NCBI GenBank assembly: GCA_041675125.1 | Contig: JBAYUM010000001.1 | Coordinates: 1 to 60,967, forward strand | Source of the DNA: Candidatus Nanopelagicales bacterium | Lineage (GTDB): Bacteria; Actinomycetota; Actinomycetes; S36-B12 | Direction of reading: 5' to 3' | Length of the DNA: 60,967 bases | Shown here: one piece after another, positions 9,310 through 18,657 of the stretch | Position numbering within the stretch: position 1 is the first letter of the stretch | Layout: the number at the start of each line of letters is the position of its first letter | Notes under the pieces: generated by a model | Told to the model about the DNA's origin: nothing | Seen by the model: the letters and a program-made list of their open reading frames with translations, nothing else | Databases searched by the model: none | Made by a program: the position numbers and the translations under genes

Positions 9310-10134
9310 GTGATCGACGAAGAGGACGACACCCTCATCCCGAAGATTGCCGAACGAAAGATCTCAGAGGACATCGCCGTATCCGTCACGGAGCTCGATG
9401 TCACCTATCGCACCACGTTCGAGAAGCGGCCGACGCTGAAGCAGGCCGTCGTCCGCCTGGGGCGGGGCAAGCGGTCAGTCAAGACCGTCGAGGCATTGAA
9501 GGACGTCACCTTCGAGGTGCAACGAGGTACCGTCCTGGGCATCGTCGGACACAATGGCGCCGGCAAGAGCACGCTCATGCGCACCATCGCCGGCATCGTT
9601 CCACCGACCCGGGGGCGCATCGAGGTCGCAGGCCGCACGAGCACACTGCTGTCCTTGGGCGTTGGCTTCAACCGAGCACTCACCGGCCGCGAGAACATCA
9701 TCCTTGGCGGCCTGGCAGCCGGGCTGACCAAGGAAGAGCTCGAGGAGCGCTACGAGCGCATTGCGGAGTTCGCCGACATCGGAGACTTCATCGATATGCC
9801 CATGCGTTCGTATTCATCCGGCATGGGCGCTCGTCTGGCCTTCAGCGTCGCAGTCCACCTCGACCCGGACATCCTCCTGATCGACGAAGCACTGTCGACT
9901 GGCGACGCCGTGTTCAAGGAGAAGGCATCGCAGCGCATGATGGAGCTGGTCGACAACTCGAGCACCATGCTGCTGATCTCGCATGCCCTTCGCACGATCA
10001 TCAACATGTCAACTGAGTGCATCTGGCTCGATCATGGCAAGCTCATGATGCAGGGCGATCCTGAAGAGGTGGTCGACGCCTACACCGAGTTCGTCCACGT
10101 GAAGAAGACGTCAGCAGCCATGAACGACATGTGA
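9310..10134 (+). CDS. ABC polymer exporter ATP-binding protein (TagH/Wzt-like)
   Basis: Walker A GHNGAGKSTL, signature YSSGMGARLAF, Walker B ILLIDEALSTGD. I prefer GTG 9310, which has AGGAGG at 9298-9303 with a 6-nt spacer. The ORF track begins at 9256, which would overlap the permease by 29 nt. Confidence 0.85.
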   Translation: MIDEEDDTLIPKIAERKISEDIAVSVTELDVTYRTTFEKRPTLKQAVVRLGRGKRSVKTVEALKDVTFEVQRGTVLGIVGHNGAGKSTLMRTIAGIVPPTRGRIEVAGRTSTLLSLGVGFNRALTGRENIILGGLAAGLTKEELEERYERIAEFADIGDFIDMPMRSYSSGMGARLAFSVAVHLDPDILLIDEALSTGDAVFKEKASQRMMELVDNSSTMLLISHALRTIINMSTECIWLDHGKLMMQGDPEEVVDAYTEFVHVKKTSAAMNDM

Positions 10135-10139
10135 TTGGA

Positions 10140-11663
10140 CTACTCCTCGACCCGTTCCACCTGCTGCGGCATGAAGCGCCAGGCCACCAGAACCCCGGTG
10201 GCCGTGATCAACGCACCGATGAACAGCGCCCAGGTCATGCCCGAGACGAAGGCCTCACCGGCTACTCGACGATAGATCACTGACACGCCCTGGGGTATCT
10301 GACCGGCCGCAATCGAGGCCGCAGCCAAGGACTCGCGCGCTGCAGACAGCGCACCCGCTGGCAGCTGATTGACCTGCTCGCCGGCAGCGGCAATGGCGGC
10401 CTCGATGTTCTGCCGATACGTCACCGACATGGTGGCTCCGAGAATGGCAACACCGAAGGACCCGCCCAGTTCGCCCATCGCATCGTTGACTGCCGACCCC
10501 ATCCCAGAGCGCTCTGTCGGCACAGAGGCAAGGACTCCATTGGTCGCTTGGGGAAGGGTCATGCCCAGGCCCGCTCCCACGATGCCGAAGGTGATGCCGA
10601 CGTAGGCATACGGCGTTGACGACGAGAGGTAGCTGAAGCCGATCATCCCGACGGTCACGATGGACATGCCGATGACGACCATGCGGCGCGAGCCGAATCT
10701 CTCGGCGAGCCGCGGGCTGACCAAGGACGCAACCAGGAGTCCACCGGCGCCAGGCAGTACCGCGACTCCCGATTGCAGCGGGGTCATGCCCTGCACGAGC
10801 TGCAGGAACTGCGGAAGGAAGAACATGGCACCCATCAGCGCGAAATAGACGAGGCCGACGATCACGATGGATGACGAGAACAGTCGCTGCTTGAAGAATT
10901 CAAGGGGCAGCATCGCGCGCGGCGCTCGTCTCTCCCACCAGACAAAGCCTCCGAGCAGCAGGACTGCCGCTATTGCCGCCGAGATGGTTGATGCACTCAC
11001 GCCGGAATCTGGGACCTCGATGATCGTGACGACCAGGGCGATCAGTCCCAGGCCTGAAAGCACCGCACCGAGCAGATCCAGTCTCGGCTTTGCTGCATCA
11101 CGCGATTCGGGAACGAGAATGACCACCGCGATGAGGACGAGTATCGCGATGGGTGGATTGACCAAGAAGATCGCGTGCCACGAGTAATGCTCCAGGAGTA
11201 GGCCACCGACAATCGGGCCGATCGCCACGCCAAGGCCGGCAACGGCCGCCCAGGTGCCGATCGCCTGCGCTCGTTCCCTTCGATCGGGAAACACCTGCAC
11301 GAGGATGCTGAGCGTCGACGGCATGATGAACGCCCCTCCGACGCCCATCAGCGCCCTGCACAGCGTCAGCTCGTTCGCATTCGCGACGAATACCGCGCTG
11401 ATGGACCCGAGGGTGAAGATGCACAAGCCGATGATGAGCATGCGTCGACGACCGAACCTATCGCCGAGCGAGCCGGCAAGAAGCAAGGTGCCGGCGAACA
11501 TGACCGAGTAAGCGTCAATGACCCACTGCAACTGCGAGGTCGTCGCTCCCAGATCCTCCTGCAGGCGCGGCAGCGCGACATTGACAATGGTGTTGTCGAG
11601 TGAGATGACTGCGAGCGCCGCTGACAGCACCACCAGGACGGCCCAACGATTCGTCTGCCTCAT
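10140..11663 (-). CDS. MFS transporter, DHA2 (EmrB/QacA, 14-TMS) family
   Basis: 507-aa polytopic ORF. LDNTIVNVALPRLQEDLGATTSQLQWVIDAYSVMFAGTLLLAGSLGDRFGRRR is the DHA2 motif region. Confidence 0.85.
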   Translation of the reverse strand: MRQTNRWAVLVVLSAALAVISLDNTIVNVALPRLQEDLGATTSQLQWVIDAYSVMFAGTLLLAGSLGDRFGRRRMLIIGLCIFTLGSISAVFVANANELTLCRALMGVGGAFIMPSTLSILVQVFPDRRERAQAIGTWAAVAGLGVAIGPIVGGLLLEHYSWHAIFLVNPPIAILVLIAVVILVPESRDAAKPRLDLLGAVLSGLGLIALVVTIIEVPDSGVSASTISAAIAAVLLLGGFVWWERRAPRAMLPLEFFKQRLFSSSIVIVGLVYFALMGAMFFLPQFLQLVQGMTPLQSGVAVLPGAGGLLVASLVSPRLAERFGSRRMVVIGMSIVTVGMIGFSYLSSSTPYAYVGITFGIVGAGLGMTLPQATNGVLASVPTERSGMGSAVNDAMGELGGSFGVAILGATMSVTYRQNIEAAIAAAGEQVNQLPAGALSAARESLAAASIAAGQIPQGVSVIYRRVAGEAFVSGMTWALFIGALITATGVLVAWRFMPQQVERVEE

Positions 11664-11709
11664 GCGGGCACTCTATTCTCGACTGTTCCGCACATTTCGA
11701 ACCTCGCAG

Positions 11710-12924
11710 TCAGGCGACATGCGCAGTTCGGTTCATTCGCACTGCCCATCTTGCTCCGTAGAGTCCTGCACCCAGAGCAGCAGCAGCTCCAAGCCCCAGC
11801 GCCCATCGAGGTCCCGCGGTCTCGGCAACCCAGCCGACAATTGGCGCGCCCACGGGAGTGCTCCCGATGAAAGCGACTGTCCACAGTGACATGACGCGTC
11901 CACGCATCTGGGGCTCGGTATGCAATTGCACTGCACTGTTGCCGGCCGATGTGAACCAGATGCTGGCGGCACCCACCGGAATCATCGCGACCGCCGCCCA
12001 TATGACTGACGGCATCACTGCAGCTGCGAAGACAGCGAGCCCGAACACTCCTGATGCAAGTGCGATGGCCCTGATTCCGCTTGATTGCCTTGTCGCGCTG
12101 ATGAGGCCGCCGATCACAGCGCCGACTCCCATAGCGGCCGAGAGCAGTCCAAGGCTCTGTGCTCCACTGTCGAATGTCTCTGAAGTGAGTGCAGGCAGCA
12201 CCACCTGGAATTCGTAGGTGAGCGTGCCGACAACGGCCATCATGATCAGGGGCACCCGCAGATCAGGGTTGCGCCATACGTATCTCATGCCTTCACGGAG
12301 CTGGCCCGGTGCCCGTTCAACAGGCTCCACCGGGATGAGCTGATCACTTCGCATGATTGCGTAGGCCGTGATCACGCCGACGAAGCTTGCAGCATTCGCT
12401 GCGAAGCACCATCCAAGGCCTATCGAGGCGATCATGACTCCCGCCAGTGCGGGACCAACAATTCGAGCGCCATTGATCACAACCGAGTTCAGGCTCACGG
12501 CATTGCGAACAAGTTCCGGATCGACCATCTCGCGAACGAAGGCAGCTCTCGCCGGCATGTCAAACACGTAGATGAATCCGAGGAAGAGCGAGAGGATCAG
12601 GACCAGGACGATGTTCGCATGACCGGTCAGCACCAGAACGGCCAGGAGTCCCGCCTGCACGCCGGCAAGTGACTGCGTGGTGATCAGGAGTCTGCGCTTG
12701 TCCACTCGATCGACGACAACGCCACCGTAGGGGCCGAAGACCAGCACAGGCAGGAACTGCAGGGCCACAGCCAGTCCGATGGATGCTGCAGAGCCCGAGA
12801 TCTCGAGAATCAACCAGGCCATGGCCACGGATTGAATCCACGTGCCAATGAGCGATATGGCCTGCCCGGCGAAGAACCTCCGATAGTTCGGAATGCCAAG
12901 GGCAGCGAAGGTATCGCGAACCAT
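11710..12924 (-). CDS. MFS transporter (EntS/transmembrane-secretion-effector-like subfamily)
   Basis: About 404-aa polytopic ORF with NYRRFFAGQAISLIGTWIQSVAMAWL...GGVVVDRVDKRRLL. ATG at 12924 overlaps the AKR stop as TGATG, which suggests translational coupling. The track start at 12927 is a TTG one codon upstream. Confidence 0.8.
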   Translation of the reverse strand: MVRDTFAALGIPNYRRFFAGQAISLIGTWIQSVAMAWLILEISGSAASIGLAVALQFLPVLVFGPYGGVVVDRVDKRRLLITTQSLAGVQAGLLAVLVLTGHANIVLVLILSLFLGFIYVFDMPARAAFVREMVDPELVRNAVSLNSVVINGARIVGPALAGVMIASIGLGWCFAANAASFVGVITAYAIMRSDQLIPVEPVERAPGQLREGMRYVWRNPDLRVPLIMMAVVGTLTYEFQVVLPALTSETFDSGAQSLGLLSAAMGVGAVIGGLISATRQSSGIRAIALASGVFGLAVFAAAVMPSVIWAAVAMIPVGAASIWFTSAGNSAVQLHTEPQMRGRVMSLWTVAFIGSTPVGAPIVGWVAETAGPRWALGLGAAAALGAGLYGARWAVRMNRTAHVA

Positions 12925-13895
12925 CAACGGAAGCCGGCGACTGCCCGGGGGGTGTACGGCTCTTCCAGCAGCAGCATGTCCTCAGGCTGCAGCATCACAT
13001 CGACGGCCGCCACTGCATCAGACAGATGGTGCGGCTTGGTCACGCCGACGATCGGCGCTGTGACCCCTGGTTGCTGCAGGACCCAGGCAAGTGCCACCTG
13101 TGCGGTCGGCAGCCCGAGTCGTTCGGCCAGGGCGGCAACACGCTCGACGATGACGAAATCATCCTCGTGATACAGCGTCTGGCCGAACTCGTCGGTCTCG
13201 CTTCGTGCACTCACGGTGTCCCATGGACGGGTGAGCCGTCCACGCGCCAAAGGACTCCACGGGATGACGCCGACGCCGAGATCCCGGCACAGTGGGAGCA
13301 TCTCGCGCTCCTCTTCACGATGGAGCAGGTTGTAGTGGTCCTGCATGGAGATGAATCGAGTCCATCCGTTGAGATCGGCCGTGTACTGCATCTTGGCGAA
13401 TTGCCAGGCATACATCGAGGAAGCACCTATGTAGCGCGCCTTGCCTGCCTTGACGACATCGTGCAGGGCCTCCATCGTCTCCTCGATCGGAGTGCGCGAG
13501 TCGAATCGATGGATTTGATACAGGTCCACGTAGTCAGTGCCAAGTCGCTCCAGGCTGCGATCGATCTCGGTCATGATCGCCTTGCGCGAAAGACCGCCCG
13601 CGTTGACGTCCTTGCGCATAGGCCCATGCACCTTGGTCGCAATGACCACCTCATCGCGATCTGCGAAGTCGTTGAGCGCTCGTCCGAGAATCTCCTCGCT
13701 GCTGCCTGCCGAATACACGTTCGCAGTATCGAAGAAGTTGATTCCAGCATCGAGTGCGGACTTGATGATGGCGCGACTGTCATCCTCATTCAGAGTCCAA
13801 GCGTGAGGACCTCGATCAGCTTCGCCGAAACTCATCGCCCCGAGGCAAATACGTGAGACTGACAGTCCGGAGTTGCCGAGTCTGGCGTAGCGCAC
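12924..13895 (-). CDS. Aldo/keto reductase
   Basis: 323-aa ORF. MRYARLGNSGLSVSRICLGAMSFG, FFDTANVYS and LDYVDLYQIHRFD are canonical AKR blocks. Confidence 0.9.
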   Translation of the reverse strand: MRYARLGNSGLSVSRICLGAMSFGEADRGPHAWTLNEDDSRAIIKSALDAGINFFDTANVYSAGSSEEILGRALNDFADRDEVVIATKVHGPMRKDVNAGGLSRKAIMTEIDRSLERLGTDYVDLYQIHRFDSRTPIEETMEALHDVVKAGKARYIGASSMYAWQFAKMQYTADLNGWTRFISMQDHYNLLHREEEREMLPLCRDLGVGVIPWSPLARGRLTRPWDTVSARSETDEFGQTLYHEDDFVIVERVAALAERLGLPTAQVALAWVLQQPGVTAPIVGVTKPHHLSDAVAAVDVMLQPEDMLLLEEPYTPRAVAGFR

Positions 13896-13944
13896 GATCG
13901 CTCACTCTCTCCACGTATCGACTCAAGGTTTCAAGCCTCAAGCA

Positions 13945-15519
13945 TCATGTCGCAATATCGTCGACTTCGCTCAGGATTTGATGGGGAACACCAGCCTGCG
14001 AGATTCTCGCTGGGATCGCCTTGACCGCATAGGCAGCACCGATGAACGCCAGTACCGCCGCGACGATCAGGGCGATCCGCATCCCACTGATGTAGGCATT
14101 GCCTGCAATCTCCATGAGTGCCGCATGCAGGGATTCAGGGAGCGAGTCTGCAACATGCACCGCAGCTGAGAGCGACGCATTCGCATGCTGCAGATCCTCA
14201 GCTGAGACCTGTGGGATCGAAGGCGCCTGCTGGCTGAAATAGCGCTGGAATCCAACCGTTGCCAGGCCTCCGAGCAAGGCCACACCCAGGGCCTGTCCGG
14301 TCTGGCGAGTGATCTGGTTGAGCGCAGACGCACCACCCGACTTCTCCGGGGGAACCGCAGTCATCATGGCTTCAGTGCTCGCCGGCATGAAGATGCTGAA
14401 CGCCATTGCCATGGAGGCGAATGCCAGTCCCAGCATCCAATAGGGCGAGGTTGTCGAGGTCGTTGACATCACGAGGGCTGCAACGCCAGTCATTGCGGTG
14501 CCGAAGGCGATCGTCCTGCGCAGGCCGAAGCGCTGCATGATCCACGGCGCACGGGGAACCACGAGGATGTTGACCACTACGACAGGTCCCGAAGTGGCGA
14601 TCGCAGCCTGGAGCGGGGTGTAGCCCTTGACAAGCTGCAGGCACAGGGTTGCAAGGAACATCGAACCCGACATCGCCACGAAGGCCACGGTCAGCGTGAG
14701 GGCAGCAGCGCTCAACTGCGGGCTCTTCATGAGAGTGAGCTCGAACATTGGCGTGGCGGTGTGGTTCTCCCAAACGAAGAAGAGTGCGCCAAAGCCGATG
14801 GCGACGGCAAAACCAGCAAGGATCGGCAGACTCGTCCATCCGTGACCCGGAGCCTCGATCACCGACCAGATGAACGAGGCAAGGGCAACGGTCGACAGCA
14901 GCGCGCCCAGGAGGTCGAAACGTGCGGTGAATGGGTCCCGTGAATCGGGGACCATCAGCACGGTCAGTCCGATGGTGACGAGCAGCAGCGGGACATTCAC
15001 CAGGAAACAGGCCTGCCAGCTGAACCAGGCCAGCAGGAGGCCGCCGGTGATCGGACCGATGAAGGCTCCTATGGCATTCATGAGAGACCAGTAGGCAATG
15101 GCCCGGCGTCGCTCATTGGCCTCGCGGAAGACGTCGACCAGGATCGACAGCGTGGCAGGGAAGGTCAGCGCCGCACCTACGCCCATGAGCCCGCGCCACA
15201 GGATCAACTGCGCAGGATCTGTCGAGAGCGAGGCACCGATGACCGTGACCACTGAGATGCCCAGACCGATGACGAGAGCCTTCTTGCGCCCGTACTTGTC
15301 TCCGACAGCAGCCCCCGTGAGCGTGAGGCCTGCCAGCACGACAATGTAGGAGTCGATGATCCACTGCAATTGCTCGTCCGTGGCACCCAGCTGACGAACC
15401 AAGGTCGGCAGGGCAGTGTTGAGGATCGAGAGTTGCATGCTGATCGTGACCAGCACCAAGCAGAGCACGATGAGTACCCACCAGCGGCGAGGATGTCCGT
15501 GGTCAGGGTTATGAGGCAT
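13945..15519 (-). CDS. MFS transporter, DHA2 family (second copy)
   Basis: 524-aa polytopic ORF. LNTALPTLVRQLGATDEQLQWIIDSYIVVLAGLTLTGAAVGDKYGRKK parallels the motif region of the 10140-11663 protein. Confidence 0.85.
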   Translation of the reverse strand: MPHNPDHGHPRRWWVLIVLCLVLVTISMQLSILNTALPTLVRQLGATDEQLQWIIDSYIVVLAGLTLTGAAVGDKYGRKKALVIGLGISVVTVIGASLSTDPAQLILWRGLMGVGAALTFPATLSILVDVFREANERRRAIAYWSLMNAIGAFIGPITGGLLLAWFSWQACFLVNVPLLLVTIGLTVLMVPDSRDPFTARFDLLGALLSTVALASFIWSVIEAPGHGWTSLPILAGFAVAIGFGALFFVWENHTATPMFELTLMKSPQLSAAALTLTVAFVAMSGSMFLATLCLQLVKGYTPLQAAIATSGPVVVVNILVVPRAPWIMQRFGLRRTIAFGTAMTGVAALVMSTTSTTSPYWMLGLAFASMAMAFSIFMPASTEAMMTAVPPEKSGGASALNQITRQTGQALGVALLGGLATVGFQRYFSQQAPSIPQVSAEDLQHANASLSAAVHVADSLPESLHAALMEIAGNAYISGMRIALIVAAVLAFIGAAYAVKAIPARISQAGVPHQILSEVDDIAT

Positions 15520-15606
15520 GAATCGCAGTCTCTCACTTTCGACTGCGCACGTTCGCCAGACCCAAGAACTGACCCCGAAGGTGGCCCTTTTCGCAGCATG
15601 AGCGAG

Positions 15607-16365
15607 CTAACGCGGCAGCTTCCTGAACACGGGTCGGGGCAAGGTCTTCAGCCCCGCCATGACCAAGCGCAGAGGCCCAGGGGCATAGACCGTCTCGCGC
15701 CCCTTGCGCAGCGCCTTGACGACAATGTCCGCGACCACGTTTGCGTCAAGGGTCATTGGAGCCTCGGGAAGGCCCGCACTCATCCGGGTGCGCACCATCC
15801 CCGGACGCACGACCAGCACATGGGCGCCTGTGCCGTACAGCGCATCACCGAGGCCCTGGGCAAAGGCATCCAGCCCAGCCTTGGTCGATCCATAGATGTA
15901 GTTCGACCGGCGCGCCCTGTCCCCGGCAACGCTCGAGAAGACGACGAGGGACCCATGACCCTGGAGACGGAGTCGACGGGCGACGTGAAGGCCGACGCTC
16001 ACGGCACCTGTGTAGTTGGTGGTTGCGACTTCCACTGCAAGGTGCGGATCAGCCTCAGCGGCCTCCTGGTCTCCCAGTACTCCGAAGGCCAGGAGAACGA
16101 CGTCGATGTCTCCGGCATCGAAGACACCGTCGATGAAAGCACCGTGCGTGTCGGTGCTGCGGGCGTCGAAATCGATGCCGGTGACGCCACTGACTCCTGC
16201 TTGCGTCAGCGCGAGGACTGAAGCATCACGATGAGCAGACGGCCGAGCCGCGAGCACAACCCTGCGAAGCCGGGCACGCGGAAATGCCTTGACCGTCGCA
16301 AGAGCGATCTCGCTGGTTCCGCCGAGCACCAGCACTGATTGCGGCTCGCCTAGTGCGTCATTCAT
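15607..16365 (-). CDS. dprE2: Decaprenylphospho-2'-keto-ribofuranose reductase DprE2 (SDR)
   Basis: 252-aa ORF. It is colinear with my recollection of M. tuberculosis Rv3791 (PQSVLVLGGTSEIALA, NYIYGSTKAGLDAF, VLVVRPGMVRTRMSA, C-terminal FRKLPR). It sits directly downstream of dprE1. Confidence 0.85.
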   Translation of the reverse strand: MNDALGEPQSVLVLGGTSEIALATVKAFPRARLRRVVLAARPSAHRDASVLALTQAGVSGVTGIDFDARSTDTHGAFIDGVFDAGDIDVVLLAFGVLGDQEAAEADPHLAVEVATTNYTGAVSVGLHVARRLRLQGHGSLVVFSSVAGDRARRSNYIYGSTKAGLDAFAQGLGDALYGTGAHVLVVRPGMVRTRMSAGLPEAPMTLDANVVADIVVKALRKGRETVYAPGPLRLVMAGLKTLPRPVFRKLPR

Positions 16366-16382
16366 GTGTTTCCCTCAGTTCG

Positions 16383-17747
16383 CTAAATGGAAAGCCTGCG
16401 TGCTAGATCGGACGTGAAGACTCCTCGCGGGTCGAGCTCATCTCGCACGAGTTGCCACTCGGCCAGGCGAGGATAGGTGCGCGCGAACATCTGGGGAGAC
16501 TGACGGGAGTCCTTTGCCAGGTACAGGCGCCCACCGACATCGGTGATGAGCTCATCGAGTTCATCGAGCGTGGCACCCAGCCCTTCAATGCGTGCTGGCA
16601 CATCAGCAGCCAAAGTCCAGCCTGCCTGCGGAAAGGACAGAGGGGCGGGGTTTGCCGGGCCGAATCGCTTCAGCACCGTCAGGAAGCTCGGTGCACCAAC
16701 CTCACGAAGCCGGTCAAGGGCGATGCGAATCACATGCGAGGCTGAATCCGGGACAACGAATTGGTACTGCAGGAATCCACGGGGTCCATAGATGCGATTC
16801 CAGTTCTGGATGCCGTCCAGCGGATGGAAGAAGGCGCCGATCGACTGCAGCTCACCGACGCGACTCCTGGGCGCCTTGCGAAACCACGCCTCATTGAATG
16901 CACGGATCGTGAGGTTGTTCAGCAACCCGCTCGGGAATATGGCAGGGGCCGTGGCCAATGCCTTGGGGTCGAAGGCCAGCGCCTTGATGCGCTGCTTGTC
17001 CGACAGCTGATCGACCGGGGCATGATCACCACTGGTGATGATGCCGCGACCACTCGATGCGACCGAATCGATCCAGGCGACCGTGTACCGATATCCCGAG
17101 TCCCCTTCAGCCATCCGGGCCATGACATCGTCCAGGTTGCTCACGCGCTGGGTGTCGACGCTGATGAGCGAGCTCGTCAGCGGGATCACGTCGAAGGTTG
17201 CTTCGACGACCGCACCGGTGAGCCCCATGCCGCCAATGGTCGCCCAGAACTGAGCAGCTGTCTCACCCGATGGTGCCAGTTCGCGGATCTCTCCATTGCC
17301 ATCGATGAGCGTCATCTTCTGAACATGGGTACCGAAGGTGCCATCGACGTGATGGTTCTTCCCATGTACATCAGCCCCGATTGCCCCGCCTACCGTGATC
17401 ATGCGTGTTCCCGGGGTGACAGGAACGAAGGCGCCCTGCGGCACGATGCTGCGCATGATCTCATCGAGGCTCGCCCCTGCGCCGGCGGTGACAGTTCCAG
17501 ACAGCGGGTCATAGGCGACACCCGACATCGCTCGCAGGTCGAGCACCGTTCCGCCACCACTTTGCGAAGCGTCTCCATAGGAACGACCCAGTCCTCTGAC
17601 GAGAGCACCTCGAGGACCAGCCTGGCGAATCGCGGTCTGCACATCCTCAACGGACGCGCAGGGCTGTACGCGCGCCAGGCTCGGGCAGGTGCGACCCCAG
17701 CCGGTGAGCAGCTGCTCGCCCTCGGTCACTGAAAGTGACGGTGTCAT
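16383..17747 (-). CDS. dprE1: Decaprenylphospho-beta-D-ribofuranose 2'-oxidase DprE1 (FAD-dependent)
   Basis: 454-aa ORF. It has the FAD-binding N-terminus GWGRT...VRGLGRSYGD and a C-terminus (GFLQYQFVVP, GGRLYLAKDSR, VFTSDLARRL) colinear with Rv3790. Confidence 0.85.
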   Translation of the reverse strand: MTPSLSVTEGEQLLTGWGRTCPSLARVQPCASVEDVQTAIRQAGPRGALVRGLGRSYGDASQSGGGTVLDLRAMSGVAYDPLSGTVTAGAGASLDEIMRSIVPQGAFVPVTPGTRMITVGGAIGADVHGKNHHVDGTFGTHVQKMTLIDGNGEIRELAPSGETAAQFWATIGGMGLTGAVVEATFDVIPLTSSLISVDTQRVSNLDDVMARMAEGDSGYRYTVAWIDSVASSGRGIITSGDHAPVDQLSDKQRIKALAFDPKALATAPAIFPSGLLNNLTIRAFNEAWFRKAPRSRVGELQSIGAFFHPLDGIQNWNRIYGPRGFLQYQFVVPDSASHVIRIALDRLREVGAPSFLTVLKRFGPANPAPLSFPQAGWTLAADVPARIEGLGATLDELDELITDVGGRLYLAKDSRQSPQMFARTYPRLAEWQLVRDELDPRGVFTSDLARRLSI

Positions 17748-17748
17748 T

Positions 17749-18657
17749 TCAAACCCCCAATGCGCCTAGGCCGAACAGGAGCACCCATGCCAAGCCGATC
17801 GACAGCAGGACACGGTCATGCAGCACAGCGTCCTCGGGCGCTTCAGCATTCCCACGATCAATTCCCACTCCATAGCGAAGGATGCCCAGGACGAAGAAGA
17901 GCACACTCCACTGCGCCCATGGAACAGTCGATGGAGCGACTCCGACCTCGAAGGCCCAAAGGCAGTAGGCCGTAATGGTGACGGCCGCCGCCAGAGCCCA
18001 TACGAAGCGCAGATAGCCAGCCGTGTATCCATCAAGACTCTTGCGCTTGACAGCAGCTCCATCGGATGCGGGCGATTCGAGACGCGTCAACTCGCAGTAG
18101 CGCTTGCCCGCCGACATGTAGAGCGCACCGAAACCGGCGACGATCAGGAACCATTGCGAGATCGGAAGATCAGAGGCGACACCTCCTGCAATCGCCCGCA
18201 GCAGGAACCCCATCGAGAGCAGGGCCAACTCGATCACCGGCTCGTTCTTGAGGCCAAGGGAGTACGACAGCGTGAAGACGAAGTAGATCGCGATCACGCC
18301 CGCCAGCTCAGGTCTGATCCAGTACGACAGGGCAATCGAGACGATGACCAGGACGATGGCCATCGCAATTGCGATGGCGGGCGCCAGCTCGCCCGCAGGA
18401 ATCGGACGAAAACACTTGGTCGGATGCTGCCTGTCGGTGTCGACATCGCGCACATCATTGATCAGGTACGTGGCACTGGCAATCATGCAGAAGGCGACGA
18501 ACGCGCCGACCGTCGGCCAGAGGACCGAGGACTCGAAAACCGACCCCGCAGCGAGCGGGGCCGCGAACACCAAGGAGTTCTTCAACCACTGACGGGGTCG
18601 CATCGCGATAAACGCTGCCACGGGCAATGCGCGACTGCCCACACGCGTTGTCGTCAT
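17749..18657 (-). CDS. ubiA: Decaprenyl-phosphate 5-phosphoribosyltransferase (UbiA prenyltransferase superfamily, Rv3806c-like)
   Basis: 302-aa polytopic ORF with RPRQWLKNSLVFAAPLAAG and YLINDVRDVDTDRQHPTK (UbiA-type Asp-rich motif). Its stop lies 1 nt from the dprE1 start. Confidence 0.8.
   Translation of the reverse strand: MTTTRVGSRALPVAAFIAMRPRQWLKNSLVFAAPLAAGSVFESSVLWPTVGAFVAFCMIASATYLINDVRDVDTDRQHPTKCFRPIPAGELAPAIAIAMAIVLVIVSIALSYWIRPELAGVIAIYFVFTLSYSLGLKNEPVIELALLSMGFLLRAIAGGVASDLPISQWFLIVAGFGALYMSAGKRYCELTRLESPASDGAAVKRKSLDGYTAGYLRFVWALAAAVTITAYCLWAFEVGVAPSTVPWAQWSVLFFVLGILRYGVGIDRGNAEAPEDAVLHDRVLLSIGLAWVLLFGLGALGV

Noticed and set aside
16761-17732. Long ORFs antisense to confidently assigned genes. 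Examples are 16761-17732 (+) opposite dprE1, 56384-57280 (-) opposite the SDR, 38649-39587 (+) opposite etfD, 49130-50083 (+) opposite a VOC gene, 53753-54937 (+) opposite the hydroxyacyl-CoA dehydrogenase, and 33355-34233 (-) opposite the glycosidase.
   Set aside because: Such shadow ORFs are expected in high-GC DNA because stops are rare on the antisense strand. Their translations are Arg/His/Gly/Asp-rich with no recognisable motifs, while the opposite strand encodes proteins with clear family signatures.
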